A stretch of DNA of 64,000 nucleotides, taken from NCBI GenBank assembly GCA_963705255.1, contig OY970061.1, positions 2,208,001 through 2,272,000 of the forward strand. Reading direction: 5' to 3'. Position numbers and translations under genes: made by a program. The notes below the pieces were generated by a model that saw only the letters and a list, made by a program, of their open reading frames with translations, did no database searches and was not told where the DNA came from. Numbering within the stretch: the stretch's first letter is position 1; each line of letters starts with the position of its first letter. This stretch comes from an uncultured Methanoregulaceae archaeon (lineage in GTDB: Archaea > Halobacteriota > Methanomicrobia > Methanomicrobiales > Methanospirillaceae). Below, in pieces: positions 53,376-63,300 of the stretch.

Positions 53376-54166
53376 ATGAACAGGCAGGTCATCTTCAGGA
53401 TCGGATTGTGTTGTTTCCTTCTTCTCATAGCGGTCGGGATCCCTCTCGCCAGCGCAGCAACTGAAATTATCCCGCTGCCCGTGCAGCAGCAACAGAACCT
53501 TTCCCCGCAGGACAACCCGGCACTGATCGGTGCACTCAAAGCCCATGCAGCAGAACTTGCCGGGTACCAGAAAGCCCGCATGGATGGCGTCATCAGTACA
53601 TCACGAACATCAGCGGAGGTTCCGGCGGGGTAGATCTCCAGATGATCGAGGAGGATTACCTTGCCACGGCGACCTCCATACCGCTCATGGGGACGGTGGA
53701 CGAGATTGACGCGGCCCGAAGCAATATGGGGGATCTGACCCGGCAGTTCTCAGAGGAGACCAAGACGCAGATGCAGATCTTCAACGGCAGCACGGAAGAC
53801 ATGAGGTCGAGCATCAACGACTCAATTGCGTCGGTCGGGGAATCTGTGGACGGCGTGAAGGGTTATGCCTGGCTGGCCGGCGACGCCGCCAGGCTCCAGG
53901 TCTTTGACCTCGCCGTCATGAATCAGAACGAACTCCTCGCCTCGCTGAGCAGCCGGGGAATTGATGTCTCCGCTGCGCAAAGTGTCGCTGATCAGATCGC
54001 AGCCCAGCGCACGGTCCTCGTGGATGCTTTAAAAAACCATGACGACGCCGCCCTGAAGACGACGAATGCTGTCATAAAATCCCTGAACCAGCAGTTCCGG
54101 AACGATATCGCGACCTACCGTGCGAAGCTGGAGATCCAGATGACGGTCGCGGCCCTGAACCTGTAA
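53376..54166 (+). CDS. Secreted alpha-helical hypothetical protein (apparent frameshift ~53594)
   Basis: N-terminal signal peptide; frames rejoin as DGVI-QYITNISGGSGGVDLQMIEED. Confidence 0.6.
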
Positions 54167-54250
54167 GCGCTGCGGCCGGGCCAGTGTGGTATTTTCCTGC
54201 CTTCCGTAAAACCGCGGGAGGTTTTTTTGTCTGCGGGTCGATACTCCGGT

Positions 54251-54751
54251 ATGCACGCGGATCCAGCAGTGCCGCCCTTCACGTATCTGCCGATCGGGAC
54301 CATCCGGTCCCCGTTCCACGATACTGCGGGCATGCCCATCCAGCCGAACGGCGCCCGGGGAGTCCGGGGGACGGTCGAGATCTTCGGGAAGTACCGGGAA
54401 GGGCTCTCTGACCTCGACGGGTTTGCCCGCATCATCCTGATCTACGCGTTCCACAAATGTACAGACCACTGTCTGACGGTGACGCCTTTCCTCGACACGA
54501 CGGCCCGGGGGGTCTTTGCCACCCGCTCGCCCCGCCGCCCGAACGCGATCGGGCTCTCGGTCGTCCGGCTCACCGGGGTGAAGGGCACGACCCTGGAGGT
54601 GGAGGACGTGGACGTCCTCGACGGTACCCCGCTCCTCGACATCAAGCCATATGTGCCCGAGTTCGACTCGTACCCGTGCTCGTCCTGCGGCTGGCTGGAG
54701 AAGGTCGCGGGGAATGCGGAGACGGCCCGGTCGGATGACCGGTTCCGGTGA
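54251..54751 (+). CDS. tsaA: tRNA (t6A37) N6-methyltransferase TrmO/TsaA family
   Basis: PIGTIRSPF, GVFATRSPRRPNAIGLS, DVLDGTPLLDIKPY. Confidence 0.9.
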   Translation: MHADPAVPPFTYLPIGTIRSPFHDTAGMPIQPNGARGVRGTVEIFGKYREGLSDLDGFARIILIYAFHKCTDHCLTVTPFLDTTARGVFATRSPRRPNAIGLSVVRLTGVKGTTLEVEDVDVLDGTPLLDIKPYVPEFDSYPCSSCGWLEKVAGNAETARSDDRFR

Positions 54752-54823
54752 TGCGCTCCCGCGCGGGTATTCCTCTTTTCGCAACCCTTATCCGTTCAGG
54801 CGCCGGACACCGGGTGATATGCC

Positions 54824-55309
54824 ATGACAAAAACGGAGAAGTACTCAAGCGTCCCCGGGATCCTGCGCCCATTCAAAGAGTTTGTGCAGGGTACCGGGAT
54901 CAGGGACGGAGACCAGATCGCGTATTACGGGTGCACCGGCACCTGCACCCCTTTTGTCGAGCTCCTCGCGGTCTCAGTCCGCGGGCTCCGTCCCGAGCAG
55001 GTCTTCGTGCCGCTGCTGGACGAATCAAAGGCAAAGAAGATCCTGAATGTCGATGACGTGGGGATGCAGGTCTGCGGCGGCCCGGCAACCGTCCGCCCGA
55101 AACTCGTTGTAATCATGGGCGGGCTCGCGATGCCGAACATGCCGGTGACAAAAGAGCAGGTGCGTGATCTCATCCGCAGCCACGGCAACGCGAAGGCGGC
55201 CGGGGTCTGTTTCATGAGCATGTTCGAAAAGGCCGGCTGGCTTGACGAGGTCCGGTTCGACCTGGTGATCGATGCGACGATAGATCCGGTGGTAGTGACC
55301 ATCCGGTAA
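54824..55309 (+). CDS. DUF2124-like methanogen protein
   Basis: GCTGTCTPFVELL, MGGLAMP, GVCFMSMF..AGW. Confidence 0.78.
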   Translation: MTKTEKYSSVPGILRPFKEFVQGTGIRDGDQIAYYGCTGTCTPFVELLAVSVRGLRPEQVFVPLLDESKAKKILNVDDVGMQVCGGPATVRPKLVVIMGGLAMPNMPVTKEQVRDLIRSHGNAKAAGVCFMSMFEKAGWLDEVRFDLVIDATIDPVVVTIR

Positions 55310-55442
55310 GAGCATTTTTTTGGCTCTGGAGAATTCCGGTTGTACCGGCGCCGGATTTTTTCCGGTTTCCTGTACCCGTGCGGCGGAAATTTTCCTGATC
55401 TCCCTTCAACATCCGGTCCCAGCGACATCTTTATATGGAAAA

Positions 55443-55485
55443 TCATACAAATAGGTATTGTATGAAAAGTATGAAATGTGGGAAT
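55443..55485. promoter_or_regulatory. Candidate AbrB operator (inverted plus direct repeats)
   Basis: TCATACA-N9-TGTATGA and GTATGAAA twice at a 9-bp period, just upstream of the abrB-like gene. Confidence 0.55.
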
Positions 55486-55503
55486 GATGACCTGGTAGGC
55501 GAG

Positions 55504-55734
55504 ATGATCGCACCACGGAAGGAGAAGACGAAACACCTCTTCGGCAGCGTGAAAGTCGGGGAGCGCGGGCAGGTTGTCATACCCAAGGAAGCCCGGGAGA
55601 TCTTCGACATCAAGCAGGGGGATATCCTGCTGGTGCTCGGGGACGTGGAGCGGGGGATTGCGCTCGTGAAAGCGGATGCCCTCCAGGAGTTCGCACGGAA
55701 GATCCTGGACAGCGCAAGCAGGCCGGATGAATAA
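55504..55734 (+). CDS. AbrB/MazE/SpoVT-family DNA-binding protein
   Basis: VKVGERGQVVIPKEAREIFDIKQGDIL. Confidence 0.9.
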   Translation: MIAPRKEKTKHLFGSVKVGERGQVVIPKEAREIFDIKQGDILLVLGDVERGIALVKADALQEFARKILDSASRPDE

Positions 55735-55751
55735 TACCGGGAACGGAGATT

Positions 55752-56402
55752 ATGATGAAAAAATCCGGGACGGGATGCGAGGAATTCAGGTTCCTTGCTG
55801 ACAAAGTGCGGGAAGCAGGTGCCGCAGATGCGAGGGTCATCCCTGCAAACGGGATCGTTGTCGAGGACCGGGTCCGGCAGAAATGCAGGATGGGGTGCTA
55901 CGAGTTCGGGAAGTCCCTTACCTGCCCGCCCCATGCACCGCCGGTCGAAGACTTCAGGCAATCCCTCAGGGACTACCAGTACGCGCTTCTGATCAAGTTC
56001 CGTTCCGGAGCGGAGTTTGGAGAAGAGATCCGGTACTCCCTTTTCCGTGACCTGATCGATCCGGCAGCGCCACAAACCTCGAAAGAATCCGCTGCTACAT
56101 TCCTGTCCGCGTACGTGACTGAGACCCGGAAACTCCACCGGGTCATGCTGGACCTGGAGCGGGCGACCTTCAATGCCGGGTATACGTTTGCTCTCACGAC
56201 GATATGCGGCCCCGGTTGCAGGTTATGTGAGACCTGTAACGTACAGGAAGAGAGATGCATCCACCCGACCATGATGCGGTTCTCCCCGGAAGCGCTCGGG
56301 ATCAATGTGGTGAAGACAGCAGCGGACGCCGGCATGCCAATCCATTTTCCGGCACTAGAGAACCCGGAACGGATTGCAATCCTGCTCATCGACCAAAGAT
56401 AA
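55752..56402 (+). CDS. DUF2284-like metal-binding protein
   Basis: KCRMGC..FG....CPP, GPGCRLCETC.....CIHP...RFSPEALGINV. Confidence 0.82.
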   Translation: MMKKSGTGCEEFRFLADKVREAGAADARVIPANGIVVEDRVRQKCRMGCYEFGKSLTCPPHAPPVEDFRQSLRDYQYALLIKFRSGAEFGEEIRYSLFRDLIDPAAPQTSKESAATFLSAYVTETRKLHRVMLDLERATFNAGYTFALTTICGPGCRLCETCNVQEERCIHPTMMRFSPEALGINVVKTAADAGMPIHFPALENPERIAILLIDQR

Positions 56403-56493
56403 AAAATTCCCCCTCCTGCGGGAAGGGAAAGAGATACCCTGCAGGATGCAGGGAAAAAATGGTGAAGATAAGGGAAACCGTGAGGAAAAAGTC

Positions 56494-57864
56494 ATGAAAA
56501 TTGTTGTATTGAACGGCAGCCCTAAGGGCGATATCAGTGTTACGATGCAGTATGTTGCGTTCATCCGGAAGAAATTCCCGGAACACCGCTATGAGATTCT
56601 CAACGTGGCACATGACATACGAAAGATTGAGAAGGATACCGAAGCCTGGAATAAAACAATTGAGAGCATCCGGTCCGCAGATATGGTCCTCTGGGCATTT
56701 CCGCTCTATTACCTGGTCGTCTCTTCCCAGTACAAACGGTTTATCGAACTCATCTTCGAGCGGAAGGCACAGGACGCATGTGCCGGAACCTATGCCGCAT
56801 CGCTCTCAACATCCATCCATTTCTTCGACCAGACCGCCCATGCCTACATCCATGCAGTCAGCGACGATCTCGGGATGAAATACCTCGGGTTTTACTCCGC
56901 CGGGATGAAGGACCTCTTATCCGGAGAGGAACGAAAGCGTCTGGAGAAGTTCGCATCCCTGCTCATCACCGCGGTACAGGAAAAGGTTCCCGTCCAGCGG
57001 GAGAACGCCCCGCTCGTCTGGCCGGCTCACACGTATGTCCCGGGCAAGGAACAAAAAACTCCTGGCACAGGTACAAAAAAGGTTGTCATCCTGACCGATT
57101 CCGATGGCAGTTCTCCCAATCTTGCGGCAATGACCGACCGGCTCCTCAAAAATTTTTCCGGCCCGGCAGAGATGATCAACCTTCATGACGTGAATATAAA
57201 GGGAGGCTGTCTCGGGTGCTGCCAGTGCGGCTATGACAACACCTGCGTCTATACCGACGGGTACGCTGACTTTTTCAAGAACAGGCTGGTGCCCGCGGAT
57301 ATCATCATCATGGCAGGCTCGGTGCACGACCGGTATCTCTCGTCGACATGGAAGCAGTTCTTCGACCGGAGTTTTTTCCAGGGACATATCCCGGGTCTTG
57401 AAGGCAGACAGATTGGCTTTGTGATCGCCGGCCCCCTCGGGCAGATCCCTTCCCTGAAAGAGGCACTCGCGGCATGGGCAGACAATGGCGGGTGTCATAC
57501 ACATTTTGTTACGGACGAGGTTTCAGGTTCCGGGGAACTCGATGCCCTGCTCGATGCCATGGCGGCACGTCTCGTACGGTGCGTAGAAGCAGGATACATC
57601 CCCCCGCGAACCTTCTACGCGATCGGCGGCCACAAGGTATTCCGGGACAGCATCTACGGGGGATTGAGAATTGCATTCCAGGCAGATTACCGGTACTACC
57701 GGGAGCACGGGATGTTCGATTTTCCGCAGGGAGACCTGAAGACCCGGCTTTTCAATGCAGCCCTCATCCCGCTTATGCGAATCCCTGGTTTCCGGAAAAA
57801 AGTGTTTGCCGATATGAAACACCACATGACAGAGCCCTTCGGACAGGTGCTCAGGAATGCCTGA
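56494..57864 (+). CDS. Tandem flavodoxin-fold NAD(P)H-dependent oxidoreductase with Fe-S flavoprotein motif
   Basis: LNGSPKG, FPLY; second domain GCLGCCQCGYDNTC. Confidence 0.8.
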   Translation: MKIVVLNGSPKGDISVTMQYVAFIRKKFPEHRYEILNVAHDIRKIEKDTEAWNKTIESIRSADMVLWAFPLYYLVVSSQYKRFIELIFERKAQDACAGTYAASLSTSIHFFDQTAHAYIHAVSDDLGMKYLGFYSAGMKDLLSGEERKRLEKFASLLITAVQEKVPVQRENAPLVWPAHTYVPGKEQKTPGTGTKKVVILTDSDGSSPNLAAMTDRLLKNFSGPAEMINLHDVNIKGGCLGCCQCGYDNTCVYTDGYADFFKNRLVPADIIIMAGSVHDRYLSSTWKQFFDRSFFQGHIPGLEGRQIGFVIAGPLGQIPSLKEALAAWADNGGCHTHFVTDEVSGSGELDALLDAMAARLVRCVEAGYIPPRTFYAIGGHKVFRDSIYGGLRIAFQADYRYYREHGMFDFPQGDLKTRLFNAALIPLMRIPGFRKKVFADMKHHMTEPFGQVLRNA

Positions 57865-57883
57865 GTTTTTCGGGAGAATTCCC

Positions 57884-58468
57884 ATGAGGGGCCCGGGCAT
57901 TCTCTGGGGCTTTGCCCCCCTTATCGTGTACGCGGTCTTCGCCGGCAGCTCCGCGGGGCAGGCGAAGATCGCCCTGCTCGCGGCGCTCGTCGCGGCCGTT
58001 GTTGCCGGGTACCACGACCTGCCGAAGGGCCGGGTCATGGCCTGGGCAAACCTCGCGATTTTCGGGCTCCCGCTGGCCGCGCTCGGCCTCTTCGGCCAGG
58101 CCTGGATCATCAGCTGGATGAACGTCCTGGTCTACGCAGGCCTCGCGGTGGTGGCTTTCGGCTCGGTCCTTGCCCGGCGCCCGTTCACCCTGCAGTACGC
58201 CCGGGAGATGGTGCCAAAAGAGATCCAGGAGCACCCGGGATTTCTCACCGCCAACCGGTTCATGACTTTGGCGTGGGGAGCGGTGTTTGCCATAAACCTC
58301 GGCCTCTCCTCCGCTGCGGTCATGGGCCCCCCGGGGTACAAAGGGCCGATCGTGCTCCTCACCTTCCTCGTGCTCGCGGCCGGGATCGCGTTCACGCTCT
58401 GGTACCCGTCCCATGTCCGGAAGCGGAAGGGAGCGGTGGGGGACCGGGGCGGTCCGGGCCAGCGATAG
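57884..58468 (+). CDS. Integral membrane protein
   Basis: About six TMs, PFTLQYARE, F..N..MT..W. Confidence 0.75.
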   Translation: MRGPGILWGFAPLIVYAVFAGSSAGQAKIALLAALVAAVVAGYHDLPKGRVMAWANLAIFGLPLAALGLFGQAWIISWMNVLVYAGLAVVAFGSVLARRPFTLQYAREMVPKEIQEHPGFLTANRFMTLAWGAVFAINLGLSSAAVMGPPGYKGPIVLLTFLVLAAGIAFTLWYPSHVRKRKGAVGDRGGPGQR

Positions 58469-58534
58469 CGTGCCGGGATATCCTGGTGCCGGCCGTACGG
58501 CACATCTTTATAGGCCCTCTTCCAATCATCCGCC

Positions 58535-58678
58535 ATGGACAAGCGACCACAGACACCCCATGTGAAACACGATCGCCCGACCTGCGAGCAGTGCCAGGCT
58601 TCCAATATCGTCCTGAGGGCCGACGGCACCTATTCCTGCCGGCGGTGCGGGTTCGACAGCGCACACGGGAAGAAATGA
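58535..58678 (+). CDS. 47-aa zinc-ribbon microprotein
   Basis: MDKRPQTPHVKHDRPTCEQCQASNIVLRADGTYSCRRCGFDSAHGKK*; TTTATA about 25 bp upstream; below the ORF-track cutoff. Confidence 0.65.
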   Translation: MDKRPQTPHVKHDRPTCEQCQASNIVLRADGTYSCRRCGFDSAHGKK

Positions 58679-58914
58679 GCGTGGCGGGTCCGTGGCCTGA
58701 CGCCCGGCCCATTCCCCTCCCCGGGACCATCACGGCCCCGGACGGCCATCCGTGCCGCCCCCGCCCCCGAACTCCCGGGCTGAACAGTACCCCTGAGGAT
58801 GCGGGGCTTCCGGATGTGCCAAACGGTGGGGAGAAGCGGGACAGGCAGACCGGTACCAACAAATAGCGAGACGGAATAATCAGATAACTGAACAGAGTGA
58901 AAAAGAGGATATCC

Positions 58915-59286
58915 ATGAAAAGAACTGCCATCGTTCTGATACTCATCATCGCCGGGGTATTCCTCGCGGGATGCACCTCGGCCGGGACAACCGGCCAGGA
59001 TACCGTGCAGGACACCATCCGGGCCCACTATGGCTACGATGAGAGCTGGTCGTTTGGCCTCGGATGCTACGGGAAAGTTTCCGGGTATGCCTACAACGCG
59101 GGAAACACACCGGTGGAGAATGTCGTGCTGTACTTCAACCTCGTCAATGTCCAGAGCGGGACCATACGCGATTCGCGGTCCGTCTTCATCGGCCCGCTGG
59201 GGGCCGGGCAGTCGAGCACGTTTGAGACGGTCCTTGACGGGGAATGCACGCAGAATTACCGGGTCGACGGGACCATCGTAAAATAA
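58915..59286 (+). CDS. Lipoprotein with FxLYD-like Ig fold
   Basis: LAGC lipobox, VSGYAYNAG, IGPLGAGQSSTFE. Confidence 0.7.
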   Translation: MKRTAIVLILIIAGVFLAGCTSAGTTGQDTVQDTIRAHYGYDESWSFGLGCYGKVSGYAYNAGNTPVENVVLYFNLVNVQSGTIRDSRSVFIGPLGAGQSSTFETVLDGECTQNYRVDGTIVK

Positions 59287-59550
59287 CCCCGTATCCGGAG
59301 TTTCCCTGTTCTTTCGGCCTGGGAGAATCCCTCACCAGGAACCGGAAACGGGGAAACCAGGATTCATGAAATTGTTGTTTTATTCCGGGTTGACAGGCAA
59401 ATTCTTCCGGAGCGAAAGAGCGGTCACCCGCTGCTCACGTACCAGGAGCCCGGGCACTGATCTGCGGATTGGTGTCCCGTGCGCTCCGGACACCCGGGAG
59501 AAGAACGAAAAAAGATCTCGTTTCCGGTGAACAAATCCGAAAATCTCCCC

Positions 59551-60150
59551 CTAAAAGAAGATCTCCTCCTTTGGAAACCGCACTTTTGGCACCGGCTTGT
59601 CCGCCGCGTAGCCCAGCGGGCAGAGCATCGTGGGGACGAGCGGCGGCGGGATCTTCAGGATCCTGGCATACTCTTTCGGGTCGAACCCGCCCATCGGGCA
59701 GGAGTCAAAGCCAAGCGACTTGGCGCCGTTCACGGCATTGCCAAGCGCGAGGAAGAGCTGGGACTGCGCCCAGCAGAGTTTCTGCTCCCCGCTCATCTTC
59801 CCGGTCATGTCCGTTGCAATCCCGATCACCATCGTCCGGGCCTCCTCAGGCACCCCGGATGTTTTCATCAGCTGCCCGACCTTTTTGATCAGGCTGTCAA
59901 AGTCCGGGTTCGCGCAGAAGACCAGCAGGTGCGAGCAGGACGTGATCTGCTCCTGGCCCCACGTCGCCGGCTTCAGCTGCTCCTTCACCTTCTGGTCGGT
60001 GACAACCTTGATCTTCCACGGCTGGAGGTTGATGGCCGAAGGGGCGAACCGCACGAGCTCCAGGAGCTCGCTGACCTTCCCTTCGGGGATCTTCCGCCCG
60101 TCAAATTTCTTGGTCGCGTACCGCGACATCACAATCTCCCTGAACTCCAT
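59551..60150 (-). CDS. Nitroreductase family protein
   Basis: RYATKKFD, APSAINLQPW, GFDSCPMGGFD, LGY, KVR. Confidence 0.92.
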   Translation of the reverse strand: MEFREIVMSRYATKKFDGRKIPEGKVSELLELVRFAPSAINLQPWKIKVVTDQKVKEQLKPATWGQEQITSCSHLLVFCANPDFDSLIKKVGQLMKTSGVPEEARTMVIGIATDMTGKMSGEQKLCWAQSQLFLALGNAVNGAKSLGFDSCPMGGFDPKEYARILKIPPPLVPTMLCPLGYAADKPVPKVRFPKEEIFF

Positions 60151-60365
60151 ACCTTCACCCCGCATTGCGGTACGTGTCACTTATCCGGGGCTGGTATTTA
60201 TACCATTCCCCGTCAGGTGCTGGTGCGTTGTCGGGACGTTTAAATAGTCAACATTGCCAGGTAACGACGATATCATTTCCATTAAGTTCCGTTAACGCAG
60301 CAGCACCCGCAGATGCAATAGAACTCGATTTCTCACCAAGTTCAGAACCCATAGCATATCTGCCG

Positions 60366-63300
60366 TCATATCTCCTTTGCAGTTATCCGCCAGTTTCCCT
60401 TCGGAACGGTCATCTCAAACCGTGCACCTTTGCCGGGGGTTCCCGTTTCCCGGATGGTAATCCCCGTTATATTAAGAATCTCCCGAGCAAGGAAGAGTCC
60501 AAGCCCGGTGTTCTTGCCAAATTCATGCTCGAAGATCCGTTCCTTCTCATCTGCAGGGATACCATTGCCATCATCCTCGCATAGGATCAGATGATTATCA
60601 CTGGATTCCTGTGCAGAGAACCGGATGGTTGTGATCTTCCCTCCATACCTGACAGCGTTATCCATCATGTTATAGAAGACCTTGACAATCAGAGGGTCGG
60701 CGAACACTTCTGCACCAGCAGGGAGATCGTTATTCATCGTGACATTTCCAAGTGGGGCTTGCTTTGTGGCAGTGTCGACGAGTTTGCGGCAGTTCTGCCA
60801 GACCGGGGCATTGACGCCGATCTTTTCGTATTCCCCGGTGAACTGGATCATAGTAGAGATTCGTTGGGCCGCAGTTGTAGCCTTCTGAAAATATTTATTG
60901 AGTGAGGGATCGGGCTGCTTCTTTTCCAGAATAGCGAGGTATCCCTGTAGCACCGTCAGCTGGTTGTTGATGTCGTGGCGCGTGATGCCTGAGAGGAGGT
61001 TAAGTTTCCTGTTTGCCTCATGGAGCGCCTGCTCTTTTTTTCTGAGCTCTGTGATATCGTGAAGGATTCCTTCAACACCCAGCACATTTCCCTCATCATC
61101 ATAATAAAAATGACTGCTGGCAGTGACCTGGAGGGGTATACCATACCGGGTTTTAAGCACGAGAGGATAATTTTCAACAGAGCCCTTTTCTTTCAGGATA
61201 GCAAGAAATTGTTCGCGTTCCTTGGGATTCTGATACGTATCAAAGGCAACATTAAGTCCGATCATCTGCTCTTCTGAGTCATAACCGGCAAGTTTTACTC
61301 CGTGAGGGCTGAACATAATAAGTTTGCCTTCGCGATCGGTCCGGTAGATCGCATCCTGCATTTTATTGATGATGTCACGGTATTTCTTTTCACTCTTACG
61401 GAGCTCCTCCTCCATGCGTTTCCGGGAGCTGATCTCCCTCATTGAGACAAGTATGGCAGGTGAATTCTGGAACACGATCCGTCTCCCGATGACCTCAACC
61501 CAGATCTGCTGCCCTGTGGAAGATATAACCTGGTAATTCACGGGGTAACTATCGATCCCCTGCGCAACCTCGCTGAAGTCATGGAGAACCTGGGATCGTG
61601 ATTCAGGAGCAATGAACTCCATGACATTCCGGGTTCCGAACATCTCGACCGCGAACTCGGCATCAATTATCCGGCCCGCTGCCCGGTTGCCGAAGAGGAT
61701 AGTTCCGGTGAGGTCAAGGATGAGGATGCCGTCCAGTGAATTCTCGACGAGCGTCCGGAATTTCTCCTCGCTCTCCCGGAGTGCCTCATCGGTCCGATGA
61801 CGTTCGGTGACCTCCCGGAGGGAGAGAAGGATTGCAGGTAACCCTTCGAATGTGATTTTTTTCCCCATGGACTCGATCCAGACTTCCCTCCCCGTGGTGG
61901 ATATCACCTTGTATTTGACAAGATACGCGTCACCTCCCTGCACGACATGGCCGAAATCCCTGATGGCATCCGGTAATGATTCCGGGGCCAGGAACTCCAT
62001 GACATTCCGGGTTCCGAGCATCTCGACCGCGAACTCGGCATCAATTATCCGGCCCGCTGCCCGGTTGCCGAAGAGGATAGTTCCGGTGAGGTCAAGAATG
62101 AGGATGCCGTCGAGCGTGATGTCGATAAGAGTCCGGTACTTTTCCTCGCTCTCCCGGAGTTCCTCCTCAGTACGTTTACGTTCGGTGATGTCTGAGAGGA
62201 GGACGAGGATCCCTGGTCGCCCGTTCCAGGTAATCAGGCTGGCATTGATCTCCATCCAGAGAACGGATCCTTCTTTTGAAACTATCCGGAATGCATACCT
62301 GTTGTTCAATGGCTCTCCGTTAAGACGCCGTTTGTGGTATTCCCCGATCATGGTACGGTCGTCAGGATGAACGAATTCCAGAAATGGTTTTTGTGCAAGT
62401 TCCTCCACTGTATATTTGCCGATCTCCTCGAGCTTCGGATTTGCATAGCGGATCCTGCCATCCTGGATAACGAAAATCGCTTCATCTGCGTTCTCAATCA
62501 GCGTCCGGTACCTGTCTTCACTCTCCCTGAGTGCATCTTCTGCCAGCTTCCGGGCGGTAATATCACGGATTGACAGGATCACGGCGGCTGACCCCGCAAA
62601 GGATATTTTTTTGCCAATGCACTCGATCCACATGTCCTTGTTTTCCCTGTTCAGGATTTTATAATTCACCAGATACCCGTCATTCCCTGCTGCAACACGT
62701 GCAAAATCATTCAGGGCATTTATCCGGAATTCCGGAGCGATTATATCGAGGACATTTACCTTTCCCATCTGGTCCCTGGTAGATTCGGTAAATTGTTGTG
62801 CGCTGTTGTTTGCAAACAGGATAGTCCCGGCGAAATCGACAATCACGATGCCATCGAGAGACTGGTCCACCAGGGCCCGGAACTTCCCTTCACTCTCTTT
62901 GAGTGCTTCCTCTGCCCGGCTGCGTTCGGTGATATCGGTCAGGACAAGGAGTGTGGCAGTGGTGTTGCGGTACTGAATATGGGTTCCCTGTACGATCATC
63001 GATCTCCGGAGCCCGTCCTTCCTTACGATCGCGATCTCATAGGCAGGTACATTACTGTCTGTCTTGCGGGATGCCAGTCTCGCAATTACCATATCACGAT
63101 AATCTTCTGCCACATACGAGAGAACGGGCTTTCCGATCAGCTCCTCAGCGGTGTATCCCAGTGCGGCTACCGAGGTCGGGTTCACGTAGAGGATATTTCC
63201 ATCCGGTCCGTAGACAATGACATAGTCGGGAAGATTTTCCACGAGGCTCCTGTTAAATTCCTCGCTCTCCTTGATGATCTGCTGGTTCTTTTTCAGTTCA

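Noticed and set aside
1800-53600. Programmed frameshifting or mass pseudogenisation
   Set aside because: Breaks go in both directions, lack a shared slippery motif, and hit functionally unrelated and housekeeping genes; sequencing indels explain them better.
55322-55336. Solo TIR-like GGCTCTGGAGAATTC after the DUF2124 stop
   Set aside because: No scaffold blocks or partner end found nearby; noted but not called as a copy.
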